Of a stretch of DNA of 64,000 nt, positions 1 to 10,486 are shown piece by piece; the stretch's first letter is position 1, and each line of letters opens with the position of its first letter. The stretch is from an uncultured archaeon. GTDB taxonomy: Archaea; Thermoplasmatota; Penumbrarchaeia; JASLWR01. The notes below the pieces were generated by a model, which searched no databases, had not been told where the DNA came from, and worked only from the letters and a program-made list of their open reading frames with translations. A program made the position numbers and the translations under genes. Where the stretch lies: NCBI GenBank assembly GCA_964342815.1, contig CAYFHS010000001.1:211849-275848 (forward strand). Direction: 5' to 3'.

Positions 1-1339
1 TTTCAGTACATAATGTTATACTGTCCTCAACTTCAATAGTGTCCTCATTATTAATGTAAACCTCTTCCGGGGGTACGGAGACTAATTGTACGTTGATTAT
101 TTCAAAATCAATAAAATCATAATCCTTCTCCAGCATAATACGATATTTTCCGTTGCCGGTTACGATCTCAGTTACATCATATATAAAAGAAACATTATCG
201 GGTGATTTGTAAATCCTTAGTAAGTAATCCCCAATCGTTTGAAATTCACCTTCATCCTGATTCAGAAAGACCTCACCGGAAACTCTTCCATAATTATTCT
301 TTTTCATGGTTATTTCCACAAAATACTCATGTTCCTTTTTAAAATCATCCAAATACAGTGTAAATTGATTCTCCTTTTCAAAAGAAAAATTTAGCAATAA
401 TGGTTCCAAATCTATAGGTTCCGGGTTGTATGATTCTTCATTTATTGGGGGAATATCATCGATTGGAAGCAAAACCAAATCCCTGTTCTTTGTCCATACT
501 ATACTTATTTCATCATTTGAATTTATTAACATTTCCAATGAAAATTGTCCCGTTCTTTCGCGGTTGACCCCAATCGATTTTCCTCCAATAATTTTTCCCT
601 GAAGATCCGTTTCAATGATCTCTATGAACCAATTATTACTCAGTTCATCATTTCTATACCAGCTCATATAGATATTCCCATTAGGATCAATTATTATCGA
701 CGGATCGAAGGAATCGGGGTAACTAATAGTTTGAACCGGATACAGCGTCGAGCCAACACGATTTAATTTTAAATACTGTATTGTCGCGTGAGAATAATTC
801 AGTGCTGTCCAAACAATATGAAGATTGTCCTCAGGGTCCAATGCAATATCCGCATCTGTGGATTTATAGGAATTATTGCTTAATGTTTTTGGCTTTACAA
901 GGATTTTTCCTTCATTATTTTGTTTTGTGTAATATATTGTACTATCTATTTCGAAAACGATATGCACGTCATCCCTTTTATCCACAATGATATCTGGATC
1001 GAGCGTTCCACCACCAGTATTAAAACTGATTGGTTGTCTGATTTTCAAATCGTTCAAACCCCCGGTGGCAATTTTTTTATCATCTATTATCGTTTTTCCA
1101 TTTCCATTTAATTTTGTGTAATAAATATTAATTTGATTATCGTTAATACCCTCTTCAGCCCAAACCACATGAAGATTATTTTTGCTATCTCGGGCAATGT
1201 TTATACTTTCAGAATCCAATTGATAATCATGGTAAGGATCATCAATACAACCGCTGGAAGAAAGAATTACAAGGAATAAGAGAATAATTGAAATAATTAC
1301 TTTGTTGATATTTTTTGTAAAAACTTGTTTCTTTTTCAT
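1..1339 (-). CDS. Secreted lipoprotein with beta-propeller/BNR-like repeats (3'-partial, runs off the window start)
   Basis: Absent from the ORF track, so I translated it by hand. ATG at 1339 gives MKKKQVFTKNINKVIISIILLFLVILSSSGCIDD (lipobox-like SSGC). Repeats follow: D-x-x-N-N-L-H-V-V-W...IYYTK, DKRDDVHIVF...IYYTK, DPEDNLHIVW...IQYLK. The frame stays open to position 2. Confidence 0.8.
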   Translation of the reverse strand, partial: MKKKQVFTKNINKVIISIILLFLVILSSSGCIDDPYHDYQLDSESINIARDSKNNLHVVWAEEGINDNQINIYYTKLNGNGKTIIDDKKIATGGLNDLKIRQPISFNTGGGTLDPDIIVDKRDDVHIVFEIDSTIYYTKQNNEGKILVKPKTLSNNSYKSTDADIALDPEDNLHIVWTALNYSHATIQYLKLNRVGSTLYPVQTISYPDSFDPSIIIDPNGNIYMSWYRNDELSNNWFIEIIETDLQGKIIGGKSIGVNRERTGQFSLEMLINSNDEISIVWTKNRDLVLLPIDDIPPINEESYNPEPIDLEPLLLNFSFEKENQFTLYLDDFKKEHEYFVEITMKKNNYGRVSGEVFLNQDEGEFQTIGDYLLRIYKSPDNVSFIYDVTEIVTGNGKYRIMLEKDYDFIDFEIINVQLVSVPPEEVYINNEDTIEVEDSITLCTE

Positions 1340-1540
1340 TACCAAATATCTGGTTTTATTATTTTTAATCATGATATCATATACTTTCTTCTTGCCGATA
1401 TATAAAATTTTTGTGTTATTATACAATGGAGACTTGGAATGGAATTTTTTTTCGATAGGTAATAAGTGTGTCTCGTTAGTAAATGGAAAGAGGGACATCG
1501 TTTTTTACGAATGAAAATTGGGTAAATAATCGGTTTTTCT

Positions 1541-2023
1541 TCACGGATTTTTATCTACATTGTTCAATATCATTTCCAGTTTTTGAAAAAAATCATCAAC
1601 CGTCCCCTCCAATAACTCCACCATCCTCTTGTAATGTCCTCTCCCCATCCCGTAGGGGTCCTCCACTTCCTTTCCGTTTGTCCCGTATACCCAATCAAGA
1701 TATGTATGAGTATTCTCATGCGGGTAAATGTGAAGAATACCTTTCATCTCGTAGATTCCCATGGGCAGTATCAGGTCGTTTTCCTTCATCATTCCCGGAG
1801 AGGCCACTCTCGATCTATGTTCGTGGATGGAGGAGATACACATTTCCCCTTCAAGTATATTTCGTACCGTCCCGGCAGCCCGGTTTCCGGGATTTATGAG
1901 GCCTGCAGAAGAAATTTTTATCAATTTTTCCAAAGGATGTCCATTAAGACGATGGAGTATCAGATGCTCGGCAGCAGGCGACCGACAAATGTTACCCAGG
2001 CAGGTAATCAAAATTTTGTACAT
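1541..2023 (-). CDS. Low-molecular-weight protein-tyrosine phosphatase (LMW-PTP/ArsC fold)
   Basis: P-loop CLGNICRSPAAE near the N-terminus and the general-acid motif DPYG near the C-terminus; 160 aa. Confidence 0.9.
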   Translation of the reverse strand: MYKILITCLGNICRSPAAEHLILHRLNGHPLEKLIKISSAGLINPGNRAAGTVRNILEGEMCISSIHEHRSRVASPGMMKENDLILPMGIYEMKGILHIYPHENTHTYLDWVYGTNGKEVEDPYGMGRGHYKRMVELLEGTVDDFFQKLEMILNNVDKNP

Positions 2024-2210
2024 AATGCAACCTCTAACGCTGAGGTATTGGTCATCCTGCTATATAAGAAATGTTCATTTTCAATGAAGATTCACATTAA
2101 TACCCTTTGATAATTGTCACCATAAAGGTAATAAAGGGGTAGTCGATAGAGGAGGAACACAAATTTCTCCTTGATAATCCCCTAAACCAGTAGGATTCAA
2201 ACGTTCCTAG

Positions 2211-2840
2211 ATGTTCCATAAGGAAGGTGATGTGTTGGCCTGGTTAGAAACCATAATGCAATGGTTCTCCGAGGAAGATGTCGGTGGCGACCGGATCATC
2301 GATGAAAAATGGCAAATGCTAGAACTGAACGGAGATCCGTCCCGTTTTGCAGTTTCTAATGCTAATCTTCCATTTGAGATAGGTATCTATATCAATGAAG
2401 AGTTTGCTCATTTGAATGTTTTCACGAACCTTGAGACCATGGATTGGGAAGTGAAGGACCAGCGTGATATTTATCACGATCTTCTAGTCCAGAATAATAA
2501 AAACCTTTTCGTCAAATTTTATCTTTCAGGTGAGAAAGATACGGTAGCACTCCGGACCGAGCTTGACCTTGCCTATCTCAATAAGAGAGAGTTCAATGAC
2601 GCTCTTCAAGCTGTAATAGTTGGCACAATGTGGCTTATGAAGAAAATGGGGCTTCTGGATGAGAAATCCTGTGACCCAGATTCAGATGAAGAGATCATGG
2701 ATATTATATTGAATATGTTCAAAAAGGGTGTTTCCAAACACGAGATCATAAACCACCTGATAAATGACTGCGGTATTAATGCGGAAGAGGCCACGGAAAA
2801 GGTTTTCTCTATTGCCAAGAATGGTAATAATTCGGGCTAG
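2211..2840 (+). CDS. YbjN-like (T3SS-chaperone fold) domain protein with a small C-terminal helical domain
   Basis: The pattern LLVQNNKNLFVKFYLSGEKDTVALRTELDLAYLNKREFNDALQAV resembles the YbjN/sensory-transduction-regulator family. The exact start is uncertain. Confidence 0.55.
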   Translation: MFHKEGDVLAWLETIMQWFSEEDVGGDRIIDEKWQMLELNGDPSRFAVSNANLPFEIGIYINEEFAHLNVFTNLETMDWEVKDQRDIYHDLLVQNNKNLFVKFYLSGEKDTVALRTELDLAYLNKREFNDALQAVIVGTMWLMKKMGLLDEKSCDPDSDEEIMDIILNMFKKGVSKHEIINHLINDCGINAEEATEKVFSIAKNGNNSG

Positions 2841-2923
2841 ATTTCTGAATACCGAGGATGAACTTTATATAATATGGCAAAATGGTTCCAAATCCTTAAT
2901 ATAATTCTGAAAACCATAATCGT

Positions 2924-4783
2924 TTGAATAGCATGGGATCATTTCGCAAACTTATCCTGGGAACTATATTTATCGTTTTTATAATTGGCCCAGCGTTCAT
3001 TTTATTGGCGCCCCTAGCCTCCGCTTCGGTAGCAAAGGTCACCCTCGCCATGGATTCACCAACATCCAAGGTAGCGGAGATGGGATACGGTGTGAAGACC
3101 GAAGTGGATTTCACAGGAAAGTTAACCACCACCACGGTAGGAAATGATGGGATCGTGGTCACGCTGGAAGCTGTTGGTACGGTTCCAGAGGACGTGACGG
3201 TGGAATTTCACCCGTCGGTTTTTACCATTACCCAGTCCGGTACTCATACTTCAGTATTCTCCGTCCTCGTAATGGTAGGTTATCAGGTCGAAGGTGGGGA
3301 TCCATTTGTAATTAGCCTCAGGGGCAAATGGCACAGTGTGGGAAGTACCACCCTTTTCACCACGAACACCGAACATGTGGAAATCAATCCAAGCATATAT
3401 TATGGGATCGCTGCTGCACCTCGAACATTAATCAGCTCTGCCCCGGTTGACGACCCCCTCACTTTTCCCGTAACACTCGAGAGTCGATCCAATATCGATT
3501 TCGATTTTTCAGTAGGTCTGGACCACTTGATTTATGATACCTACGGTTCCATGCATTTAATTGATGCCGCTTCCCGTCCGGAAGGCTTGATCTCCATCAC
3601 ACAGCAGAGACAGAACTTGCCCCGACTATCCACTGACACCGTGGAGGTAATGGTGGACGGTACCGAATATCCTGATGAATGGAGTGTTCTGGAAATCGGA
3701 CTCAATATCTCCATAAAGGGAACTGAAATTGTTGAGCAGTTTTCTCTTCATGCCCAGCCTATCGGCGGTCATTTTGTATTGTTCGTTCCTGGAACGAGCT
3801 TCCTGGTAGCACAGGCTGCACCCTCGGGGATCGTGCCGGCCCTTGAAGACATAACTCTCCCTGAAAGCTGGACTCCAGATAGAAATTGGGTGAGTGATTA
3901 CCGACCTGGAATCCTTGGCAGCGGAAGAACTTTTTCTCTTACGTTGGCGGTATTACTGATCGGCGAAGAAAAAGAGGTAGTGCTTGATAGTGAAATACCT
4001 CAAGGATATGGGTTGGTCTACGAACCAAATTCACTAAAACTGGGAAACCTCGATGTTGGATTCTTCAATATCACACTCAACAGAGAAAGTACCCGCGGTG
4101 GGATGCTCGGATCCGGTGAGCTCGTCACCATCATCCCAACAGCACCCGATTCTCATTCAACCAAGGTATTCATTGTGGTACCGCCCCTTGCAAAGAGCGG
4201 GTCCGACGGATTGTCAAACATGGAAATAGGAGCGATTGCTGGCGGGATATTCATTCTAACCGTTCTGGGATTTGGAAAGATGGAGTTCTCGAGATATCAC
4301 CTTTTATGGCTTTTTTTCATTCCTCTTTACACTTATATACACGAGGAGAATGCATTGGACCACTTCACCCGTGGCAGGATCTACCAGTATATCAAGGACA
4401 ATCCTGGTGCATATTACTCGATAATAAAGAGGGAATTGGGTCTCAATAACGGGGTTCTGTCTTACCATCTCCAGACATTGAAACGTGTAGAACTGATCCG
4501 ATCCAGGCGATCGGGGATCCGAAAGATGTTTTTCATAACCGGAACGCCGCTTCCGCGGGAAATTACTGCTAAACTAAACTACATGGAGACCTCCATCAGA
4601 TCATTGGTATGTGAGAATCCGGGCATCACTCACAGTGAGATTGGGGAGAAGTTTCCAGACAAGAGCAGAAGGACTATTTCCCATTACGTGAAAAAGCTAT
4701 CGAGGAAGGATTATATCTACCTTGTTAAGGAAGGGAAATGCTCCAGATGCTACCCGAAGGAAAAACCCATCCCGGCGGGATAA
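2924..4783 (+). CDS. Membrane-anchored transcriptional regulator: signal/TM, beta-rich ectodomain, TM, cytoplasmic tandem winged-HTH
   Basis: N-terminal hydrophobic segment, ~400 aa Ig-like ectodomain, TM IGAIAGGIFILTVLGF. Two wHTH units follow: LDHFTRGRIYQYIKDNPGAYYSIIKRELGLNNGVLSYHLQTL and IRSLVCENPGITHSEIGEKF...TISHYVKKL. Confidence 0.8.
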   Translation: MNSMGSFRKLILGTIFIVFIIGPAFILLAPLASASVAKVTLAMDSPTSKVAEMGYGVKTEVDFTGKLTTTTVGNDGIVVTLEAVGTVPEDVTVEFHPSVFTITQSGTHTSVFSVLVMVGYQVEGGDPFVISLRGKWHSVGSTTLFTTNTEHVEINPSIYYGIAAAPRTLISSAPVDDPLTFPVTLESRSNIDFDFSVGLDHLIYDTYGSMHLIDAASRPEGLISITQQRQNLPRLSTDTVEVMVDGTEYPDEWSVLEIGLNISIKGTEIVEQFSLHAQPIGGHFVLFVPGTSFLVAQAAPSGIVPALEDITLPESWTPDRNWVSDYRPGILGSGRTFSLTLAVLLIGEEKEVVLDSEIPQGYGLVYEPNSLKLGNLDVGFFNITLNRESTRGGMLGSGELVTIIPTAPDSHSTKVFIVVPPLAKSGSDGLSNMEIGAIAGGIFILTVLGFGKMEFSRYHLLWLFFIPLYTYIHEENALDHFTRGRIYQYIKDNPGAYYSIIKRELGLNNGVLSYHLQTLKRVELIRSRRSGIRKMFFITGTPLPREITAKLNYMETSIRSLVCENPGITHSEIGEKFPDKSRRTISHYVKKLSRKDYIYLVKEGKCSRCYPKEKPIPAG

Positions 4784-4795
4784 TGCACTTCAATC

Positions 4796-7700
4796 TCATT
4801 CGAGGATTATGTGTTCATCCTCGTGAGACGTCTCCTCGTTCACGCGGAAACCAAATTTCTCAGCCACACTTTTAATTTCCCGGTTTTCCTCCATAAGCAA
4901 TTCGGCCTGTTTCAGAGCTTCAGCGGTATTGATGGATATAAGAGCTTTCAATGCAGCCCGCCTATCTTCTCTCTCCACGGAGCTTTTCAACATCTTAACC
5001 AACGAAGGGATCACACGTTCGTCCTTCAATTCTCCCAGTACTTTCAAAACAGTTGGTCGTGTTCCCTTTGGAACTGTAAAAAGGATACCGGCCAGGGCGG
5101 GGGCCGTGTAGCTGTTCACGACATTACTCAAACGGCTAAGGGTTGCCGCTGCCTCAATTTTTGATTGATATAAAATATTTTCAAGATTAGGTTTCGTGAT
5201 CAGCTCGAATATGCATTCCTTCAATGGAGAACGGGATATATGCTGTAATAAAAAATATTTTATGTCACTTTCCGGAGGATCTGCGAGATGAATTCTTGAT
5301 CTGGTACTAATGCAGGCACTCGATAATACCTTTCCGGGAATTGTGTTTTCTAGGAATGAATTCAAATCATAATCCACTATGAATCTTTTCACATCCTTAG
5401 GTTCCATTTCCACTAAGGTCGAGACCAGCCCCTTGAAGGTATTGACCGGCCTGTTTCCCGGAAGAATGATCTCGTCTTTCTTCCCTGTAAAGTGCTTGGA
5501 GACCTCTTTTACCAGGATTGAGGTAATTTCTGTTGATATTGATCTCGCTTCCGTGGAATCCGCAGTTTTATCCATTAAATCGGAAAGAAGATCTTTGGCT
5601 TGGGGTCTTACTGGAATGAACACTCGTTTTTCAGAGCCTGACCTTTTCACTCCAGGCATTTCCTGAAGTATTTTTATGTAAACCGACAAGACCCTTGCAG
5701 CTGTAACACGATGTTTGCTTGCTTCGGGAAGCAGTCCCCGGGGGCTTTCCATCAGTGTCTCATGGATTTCTTTCGACGTGGCAAAGCGTATGTAGTGGGA
5801 CACTACTGTGCGCAACCTTAAAAAACCACCCTTCACTGCTACATCGGACAGTTTGAACAGCTTCGATTCTTTCAAGATATCATAGAGTTTCTTCCTGTGC
5901 ATCCCCATCTTTTTGGCTGTGTCATCCAAGAGTAGTTCCTTTTCCACTTTATATCCTATTGACTCCTTGCCAATTTCTGCATAACGTCCGGGCCTTATCA
6001 GCGCGCCTGCGATATGTTTTATAATGTTCTCGTCCAGGAGAACGCTTCCAATTTCCGTGTGTGGATCCGCTTTTTTTGTCCACTCCGTGAAGCTCGAATC
6101 CATCGATCCATAGGCAGGCGTATTATCACGGGCTACGAGATTACCTTTTCTTGGATGAGCGAGGATTTTGATCTCCGGCAAATGATCCGGCAATGATGTT
6201 GGGAGTTCGATCCTGAAAGGAATGTTATTTGTACCTGGCGCCAGGCGAAATCCCTCTATATAGTTGTTCTCCCCAATGGTCTTGGCGGGAGGCCAGTGGA
6301 CATTGTAGTCTTTTCCAGGTAGAATTATGCTGTAATCCATCAATATGTCCTTTTTTGCATCACTTATGGCGGATATTGGTATCTCCAGAAGAGTCCCCTC
6401 TGCTCCCTCCGACCTGTCATAGTCAGATTGAATCTGAACATTGCTTCGAAATTCGGCCACTTTTTTCCTGATTTTCATATTCTTTTTATAATCCGAAAGG
6501 AATTTCAGTGTCTCATCAATTATCCTTGAATGGTTTCTGGTATTGCTTCGAAGACAATCTCTTAACCAAGTGCATGCCTTCACACACTTTGACTCCTGAG
6601 ACGGTATCACGAAACTTATTGTGGAAAAGAATAGATACAGATGAAGATAGCTCATGTTGAAATTGTAGATATGGGCCGCCAATCCCTCAGGCTCCATCTC
6701 CCCTCCGGAGAAAAAATCTTTTATACCTTTTGATACTTTTTTCAGAAAATACACCGACATGAAGCCTAGTGCTATGGGATAAATCTTTTCGTGACCCGGA
6801 TCATACTCTGGGTTGGCGGAATCCATTTTTCTTATTAGATTTTCTTTGAATGACCCCGAATCGAGCAGTGTAATGAGGTAATCCACGTTCTTGTTGAAAA
6901 ATGAAGCATAATCGAGGTCGAGTTGTTTGAGTCTCTCCGCTGCCATTTCCGTGTTCTTCAGTGATCTATTGCTTTTTTTTAATTCGTCACCGAGAGGATG
7001 GAAATGTTCAAACAAGGCCGATGTATCGAGTCTTTCGGATCCGCTTTTTTTCGATATTCTTTTTATAAGATTTTCCAGAACATAGACATCAGACCGTACT
7101 TTTTTTGCATACGTCAGCCTTTTTCTGCCCTTGGGCAGGCATCCGATCTTTTTTTGTAACGCTCTTCTGTGCCCATTAATCATTTTCACCGTATAGCTGC
7201 CGCGAGTTTCCAATGCAGGTCTGTTCTTATCCGGTACCTGTAATAAAGAAAAGTCCTCCCGATATGAATAAATGATGGACTCAACCAGGAAGGTCGTACG
7301 GTCTATATTGTGTCTCAGTTTCTCAAGATAATACCTATCGAACCCCATATTGGCCGCAGTTCTTGCGAGGACGGCTGAATTTATAATTTTCATTTCATCC
7401 GGTTCGGCTATCACCTTTCCTTGGTGAAGGTTCAGGTATGTTCCATTATCCAGCTTGATGGTGGAAAATTTTTTATCATGGACTGTGTCAGCCACCTTTT
7501 CCCCGTGGAACAAATAATTTCTGATTTCCCTTTTCAGGTCCTCCGGAAGCCCAGCTCCTATATCAACGGGCGCCTTTTCCTTTACGACTTTAACGGAAAA
7601 CTGCCGGGTCCCCTTAATCGAGAACATATATGGAAGCCTGAGAACGCTTAGTTGAGTATTATCCGGCTCGACGAATATTTCGAAGGTCACATTCATGTAC

Positions 7701-8977
7701 CCGGATGATATTTTATCGTCTAGGTATACTACCCATTCCACTTCTCCGCTATCCTTCGGTTCTTCCCGATTTATGTCCAAAACTTCATCTGAAGTATGAA
7801 CTATCTTTCCTTTTACCGATTTTGCGGTGACCCTCGCAGTGAATCTTTCATCCCGTAACCGCCCTCCGATCCGGTAAAGGGCTGTAAGATGTACGGATTC
7901 TCCTGAACAATAAGAATATTTATCCGTGGTTGCACCGAATAATTCGATCTCCGTTCCGCCGGTCACTTCGATGCCCCCTTTCTCGGAGGTTTCAACATCG
8001 CCCATTATCTCCAGCAGTAAATCATATTTTCCAGGGGACAGTTCTTGTGTCTCCTCCACGATGAAACGGTATTCTTTGGGAATGATCTTTCTGTCGCTGT
8101 TCGGTTCCAATATCATTTTCCCTAAAGGTACCGATAAAATGTCTTCCCCGTTTTTTCTGAGGCGAAGTCTTGCGGAAATGTCGAGGGGTTCGATACCAAT
8201 GTTTGCAATCCCCGCAGTGACCGTCATTACGTTGCCGGCGAGAATGGAGCGGGGTTCGATATCGGTTATGGAGAGTGAAATATCTTTTTGGTCCACGAGG
8301 CGCAATACATTATCAAAACGTTTTGAAGTTTTTATACCATAATGGAGGAGGAATATCTCGACCCCCATTTCACCCTTATTTCCGTTATCCGGGATACTGG
8401 CCAGAAATGTTTCGGTGTGCTCTCCCGAAAATGTTACTCTTTTTCTGTTGAAATCAATTATTTTTTTTCCTTCAGCGTCGATGATATTTCCACTTAGATC
8501 AACAGTACTCTCATTTCCTGGAGCCTCCAGGGTGATTTTCACCTCCACGGGCTCTCCCGCCAATACTCTGTATTTACAGGTATCGGCCCTTTTGATCGTG
8601 ACCTCCTGCGGTGTGCATGAGTATGTTCTAATCATATCGGGAAGGATCGTGGTGTAGTATACGCCATGTTTCAGGACAACTTTCAGCTCATGCTCTGACG
8701 TATCGGAAAATAATGTGTCCAGTATCATTCTGTGTTCAAATTCCTTGGATTCCGGTACAACCGTAGATTTTTCGGGTGATTTAACCGGTCCCGAAATGTT
8801 GATCTCAATTTTTTTAGGAATATCGTTTTCAGGAAATGATAATAAAAGATCCATGGTTACGGGCTCTCCCGGAGGTCCCGCAGTAAGTTTCACCTCTCCA
8901 GTGATGTCTGGTTTTGCACTGTTTGTGAAAATATCAAGATTGATTACAATTCTTTCGGCCCCTTTTCCCTTTAGCAT
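4796..8977 (-). CDS. Large cytoplasmic hypothetical protein: Ig/MG2-like beta-sandwiches, helical core, C-terminal HEAT-like repeats
   Basis: 1393 aa with no signal peptide or TM. The beta-rich N-terminal ~480 aa includes TDKYSYCSGESV (MG2-like). C-terminal VLKVLGELKDERVIPSLVKML...RRAALKALISI is PBS-lyase HEAT-like. Confidence 0.75.
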   Translation of the reverse strand: MLKGKGAERIVINLDIFTNSAKPDITGEVKLTAGPPGEPVTMDLLLSFPENDIPKKIEINISGPVKSPEKSTVVPESKEFEHRMILDTLFSDTSEHELKVVLKHGVYYTTILPDMIRTYSCTPQEVTIKRADTCKYRVLAGEPVEVKITLEAPGNESTVDLSGNIIDAEGKKIIDFNRKRVTFSGEHTETFLASIPDNGNKGEMGVEIFLLHYGIKTSKRFDNVLRLVDQKDISLSITDIEPRSILAGNVMTVTAGIANIGIEPLDISARLRLRKNGEDILSVPLGKMILEPNSDRKIIPKEYRFIVEETQELSPGKYDLLLEIMGDVETSEKGGIEVTGGTEIELFGATTDKYSYCSGESVHLTALYRIGGRLRDERFTARVTAKSVKGKIVHTSDEVLDINREEPKDSGEVEWVVYLDDKISSGYMNVTFEIFVEPDNTQLSVLRLPYMFSIKGTRQFSVKVVKEKAPVDIGAGLPEDLKREIRNYLFHGEKVADTVHDKKFSTIKLDNGTYLNLHQGKVIAEPDEMKIINSAVLARTAANMGFDRYYLEKLRHNIDRTTFLVESIIYSYREDFSLLQVPDKNRPALETRGSYTVKMINGHRRALQKKIGCLPKGRKRLTYAKKVRSDVYVLENLIKRISKKSGSERLDTSALFEHFHPLGDELKKSNRSLKNTEMAAERLKQLDLDYASFFNKNVDYLITLLDSGSFKENLIRKMDSANPEYDPGHEKIYPIALGFMSVYFLKKVSKGIKDFFSGGEMEPEGLAAHIYNFNMSYLHLYLFFSTISFVIPSQESKCVKACTWLRDCLRSNTRNHSRIIDETLKFLSDYKKNMKIRKKVAEFRSNVQIQSDYDRSEGAEGTLLEIPISAISDAKKDILMDYSIILPGKDYNVHWPPAKTIGENNYIEGFRLAPGTNNIPFRIELPTSLPDHLPEIKILAHPRKGNLVARDNTPAYGSMDSSFTEWTKKADPHTEIGSVLLDENIIKHIAGALIRPGRYAEIGKESIGYKVEKELLLDDTAKKMGMHRKKLYDILKESKLFKLSDVAVKGGFLRLRTVVSHYIRFATSKEIHETLMESPRGLLPEASKHRVTAARVLSVYIKILQEMPGVKRSGSEKRVFIPVRPQAKDLLSDLMDKTADSTEARSISTEITSILVKEVSKHFTGKKDEIILPGNRPVNTFKGLVSTLVEMEPKDVKRFIVDYDLNSFLENTIPGKVLSSACISTRSRIHLADPPESDIKYFLLQHISRSPLKECIFELITKPNLENILYQSKIEAAATLSRLSNVVNSYTAPALAGILFTVPKGTRPTVLKVLGELKDERVIPSLVKMLKSSVEREDRRAALKALISINTAEALKQAELLMEENREIKSVAEKFGFRVNEETSHEDEHIILE

Positions 8978-9022
8978 GGCCTCAATCCCTTTTACTTTTA
9001 TTTTATCGGACCGTGAAGTTGT

Positions 9023-9829
9023 TTAGGTTCCGATCCATACCCCTGATACGATATTACGAAGCGTTGCGATTCCCGAGAGACCTGCGAGATAACTGGTCTT
9101 GGGATTGCTGATGGCGGGGAAGTTCTTCAGTTTTACCGAAAAACTACCGAATCTTCCTGATACAGAGAGATAATGGTGGTTCCTGGTGGCTCCCGGATCG
9201 GCAATGATCTTCACGGTTGTTTTATCGAATCCTATTCCGGCAAGCGAAACTGCGGCTGCAACATTGACATTCTTGGGGAACTGTTTTACCGCTTCCCGGG
9301 CGCTCCCTTCATATATAACTTCAGCTTCCTTAAGCTCATAAAGATTTATACCCTTTTTGTGAATGTATTCGGCACCTTCGAGGCTGGGTATGGATTTTAT
9401 AGTTGTCAGTTCGACTTTGTCCAGGTTTGCCACATTGGCTGATTTCAGACCGTCGATACCGGCGATTGCTCCTGAAGGGAGGTATAGATGACTGGAATGC
9501 ACCTTGGTCAGTTCTTTCAATTTATCGAAAAGAGCGTCGTTATTGAAGGCGCCAATACTCAATACCATCAGGTCTTTACCCTTGCCAAGGATCATGGGAC
9601 CAAAATGTTCAACCGCTTCATGGGATGCCGCTTCAATTACGAGGCTGGACTGGTCGATCAATTCAATGCAGTCATCCATGATTTGAGCTTTTGGGATTCG
9701 GGAGGCCAGTTGTCTGCACTTGGACTGTATCACATCGTACAGAAAAACATTTGAAATGTCGTCGATATCGTCGCATGCTTTTGCAAGCATGGAGCCTATG
9801 AATCCACAGCCGATTATCCCGATGTCCAT
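9023..9829 (-). CDS. nadX: L-aspartate dehydrogenase (NAD biosynthesis)
   Basis: Rossmann IGIIGCGFIG, VIEAAS, LPSGAIAGID, FPKNVNVAAA, DP...NHH and NPKTSYLA motifs; 268 aa. Confidence 0.92.
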   Translation of the reverse strand: MDIGIIGCGFIGSMLAKACDDIDDISNVFLYDVIQSKCRQLASRIPKAQIMDDCIELIDQSSLVIEAASHEAVEHFGPMILGKGKDLMVLSIGAFNNDALFDKLKELTKVHSSHLYLPSGAIAGIDGLKSANVANLDKVELTTIKSIPSLEGAEYIHKKGINLYELKEAEVIYEGSAREAVKQFPKNVNVAAAVSLAGIGFDKTTVKIIADPGATRNHHYLSVSGRFGSFSVKLKNFPAISNPKTSYLAGLSGIATLRNIVSGVWIGT

Positions 9830-9961
9830 CCTATCACTTATTCTAATTTTTATGTACCTTTTTTAGGTTTGAAACGGTCCCGGGCGTGGTAAATTGTCTG
9901 TTCGATTATATACTTTCCTGTCTGTTTGCTGTGATCGAGAGCATCATTAGTAGATTATTTT

Positions 9962-10423
9962 TCAGAAGGATGGGCCGATTGAAATTGTTGAGTTTAGATA
10001 TCTGGTTTTGTTATTTTCATTTCTTTTAATCGATATCGACACTATAGCTAAACGGTATTGTTTCATTCTATCCTTTATGGCAAGCCCTGCCCTTATTATT
10101 CTTTCTTTGCACATATCAGCAAATCCCTTTACAAGGAAAAATAAGGTCCAGTTATCGGATTCCGATTTCCAGCGATCGATTGCCCCAATTGCCGCCATGG
10201 ATTTTAACACACTAGCAGTTCTTTTATTACCCCAGTGATACTTTGACGACATGTAGGAATTTATCAAATGTTGCTGACGTGCAAAACCATCGAAATAATA
10301 AATGAGAACGTGAAGCAATAATTTGGCCTCGTCTCTAGAAATTTTGTCTTTTAATTTTCTTTCGATGACCTTTACTTGTTTTCGGTATTCCTTTTGTTTC
10401 TGTTTTATCCTTCGTTTTTTCAT
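9962..10423 (-). CDS. Orphan basic winged-helix-like DNA-binding protein
   Basis: Likely start is ATG 10423 (MKKRRIKQKQKEYRK), with a GGGGTTGA RBS-like sequence upstream. The segment ISRDEAKLLLHVL...KRTASVLKSMAAIGAIDRWKS...TLFFL follows a wHTH helix-helix-wing pattern. Confidence 0.55.
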   Translation of the reverse strand: MKKRRIKQKQKEYRKQVKVIERKLKDKISRDEAKLLLHVLIYYFDGFARQQHLINSYMSSKYHWGNKRTASVLKSMAAIGAIDRWKSESDNWTLFFLVKGFADMCKERIIRAGLAIKDRMKQYRLAIVSISIKRNENNKTRYLNSTISIGPSF

Positions 10424-10486
10424 GGTATCAACCCCGTTATTCTTTTTCAAATGGGTCACGGACAACGGAAATTCTGTGACCTGATG

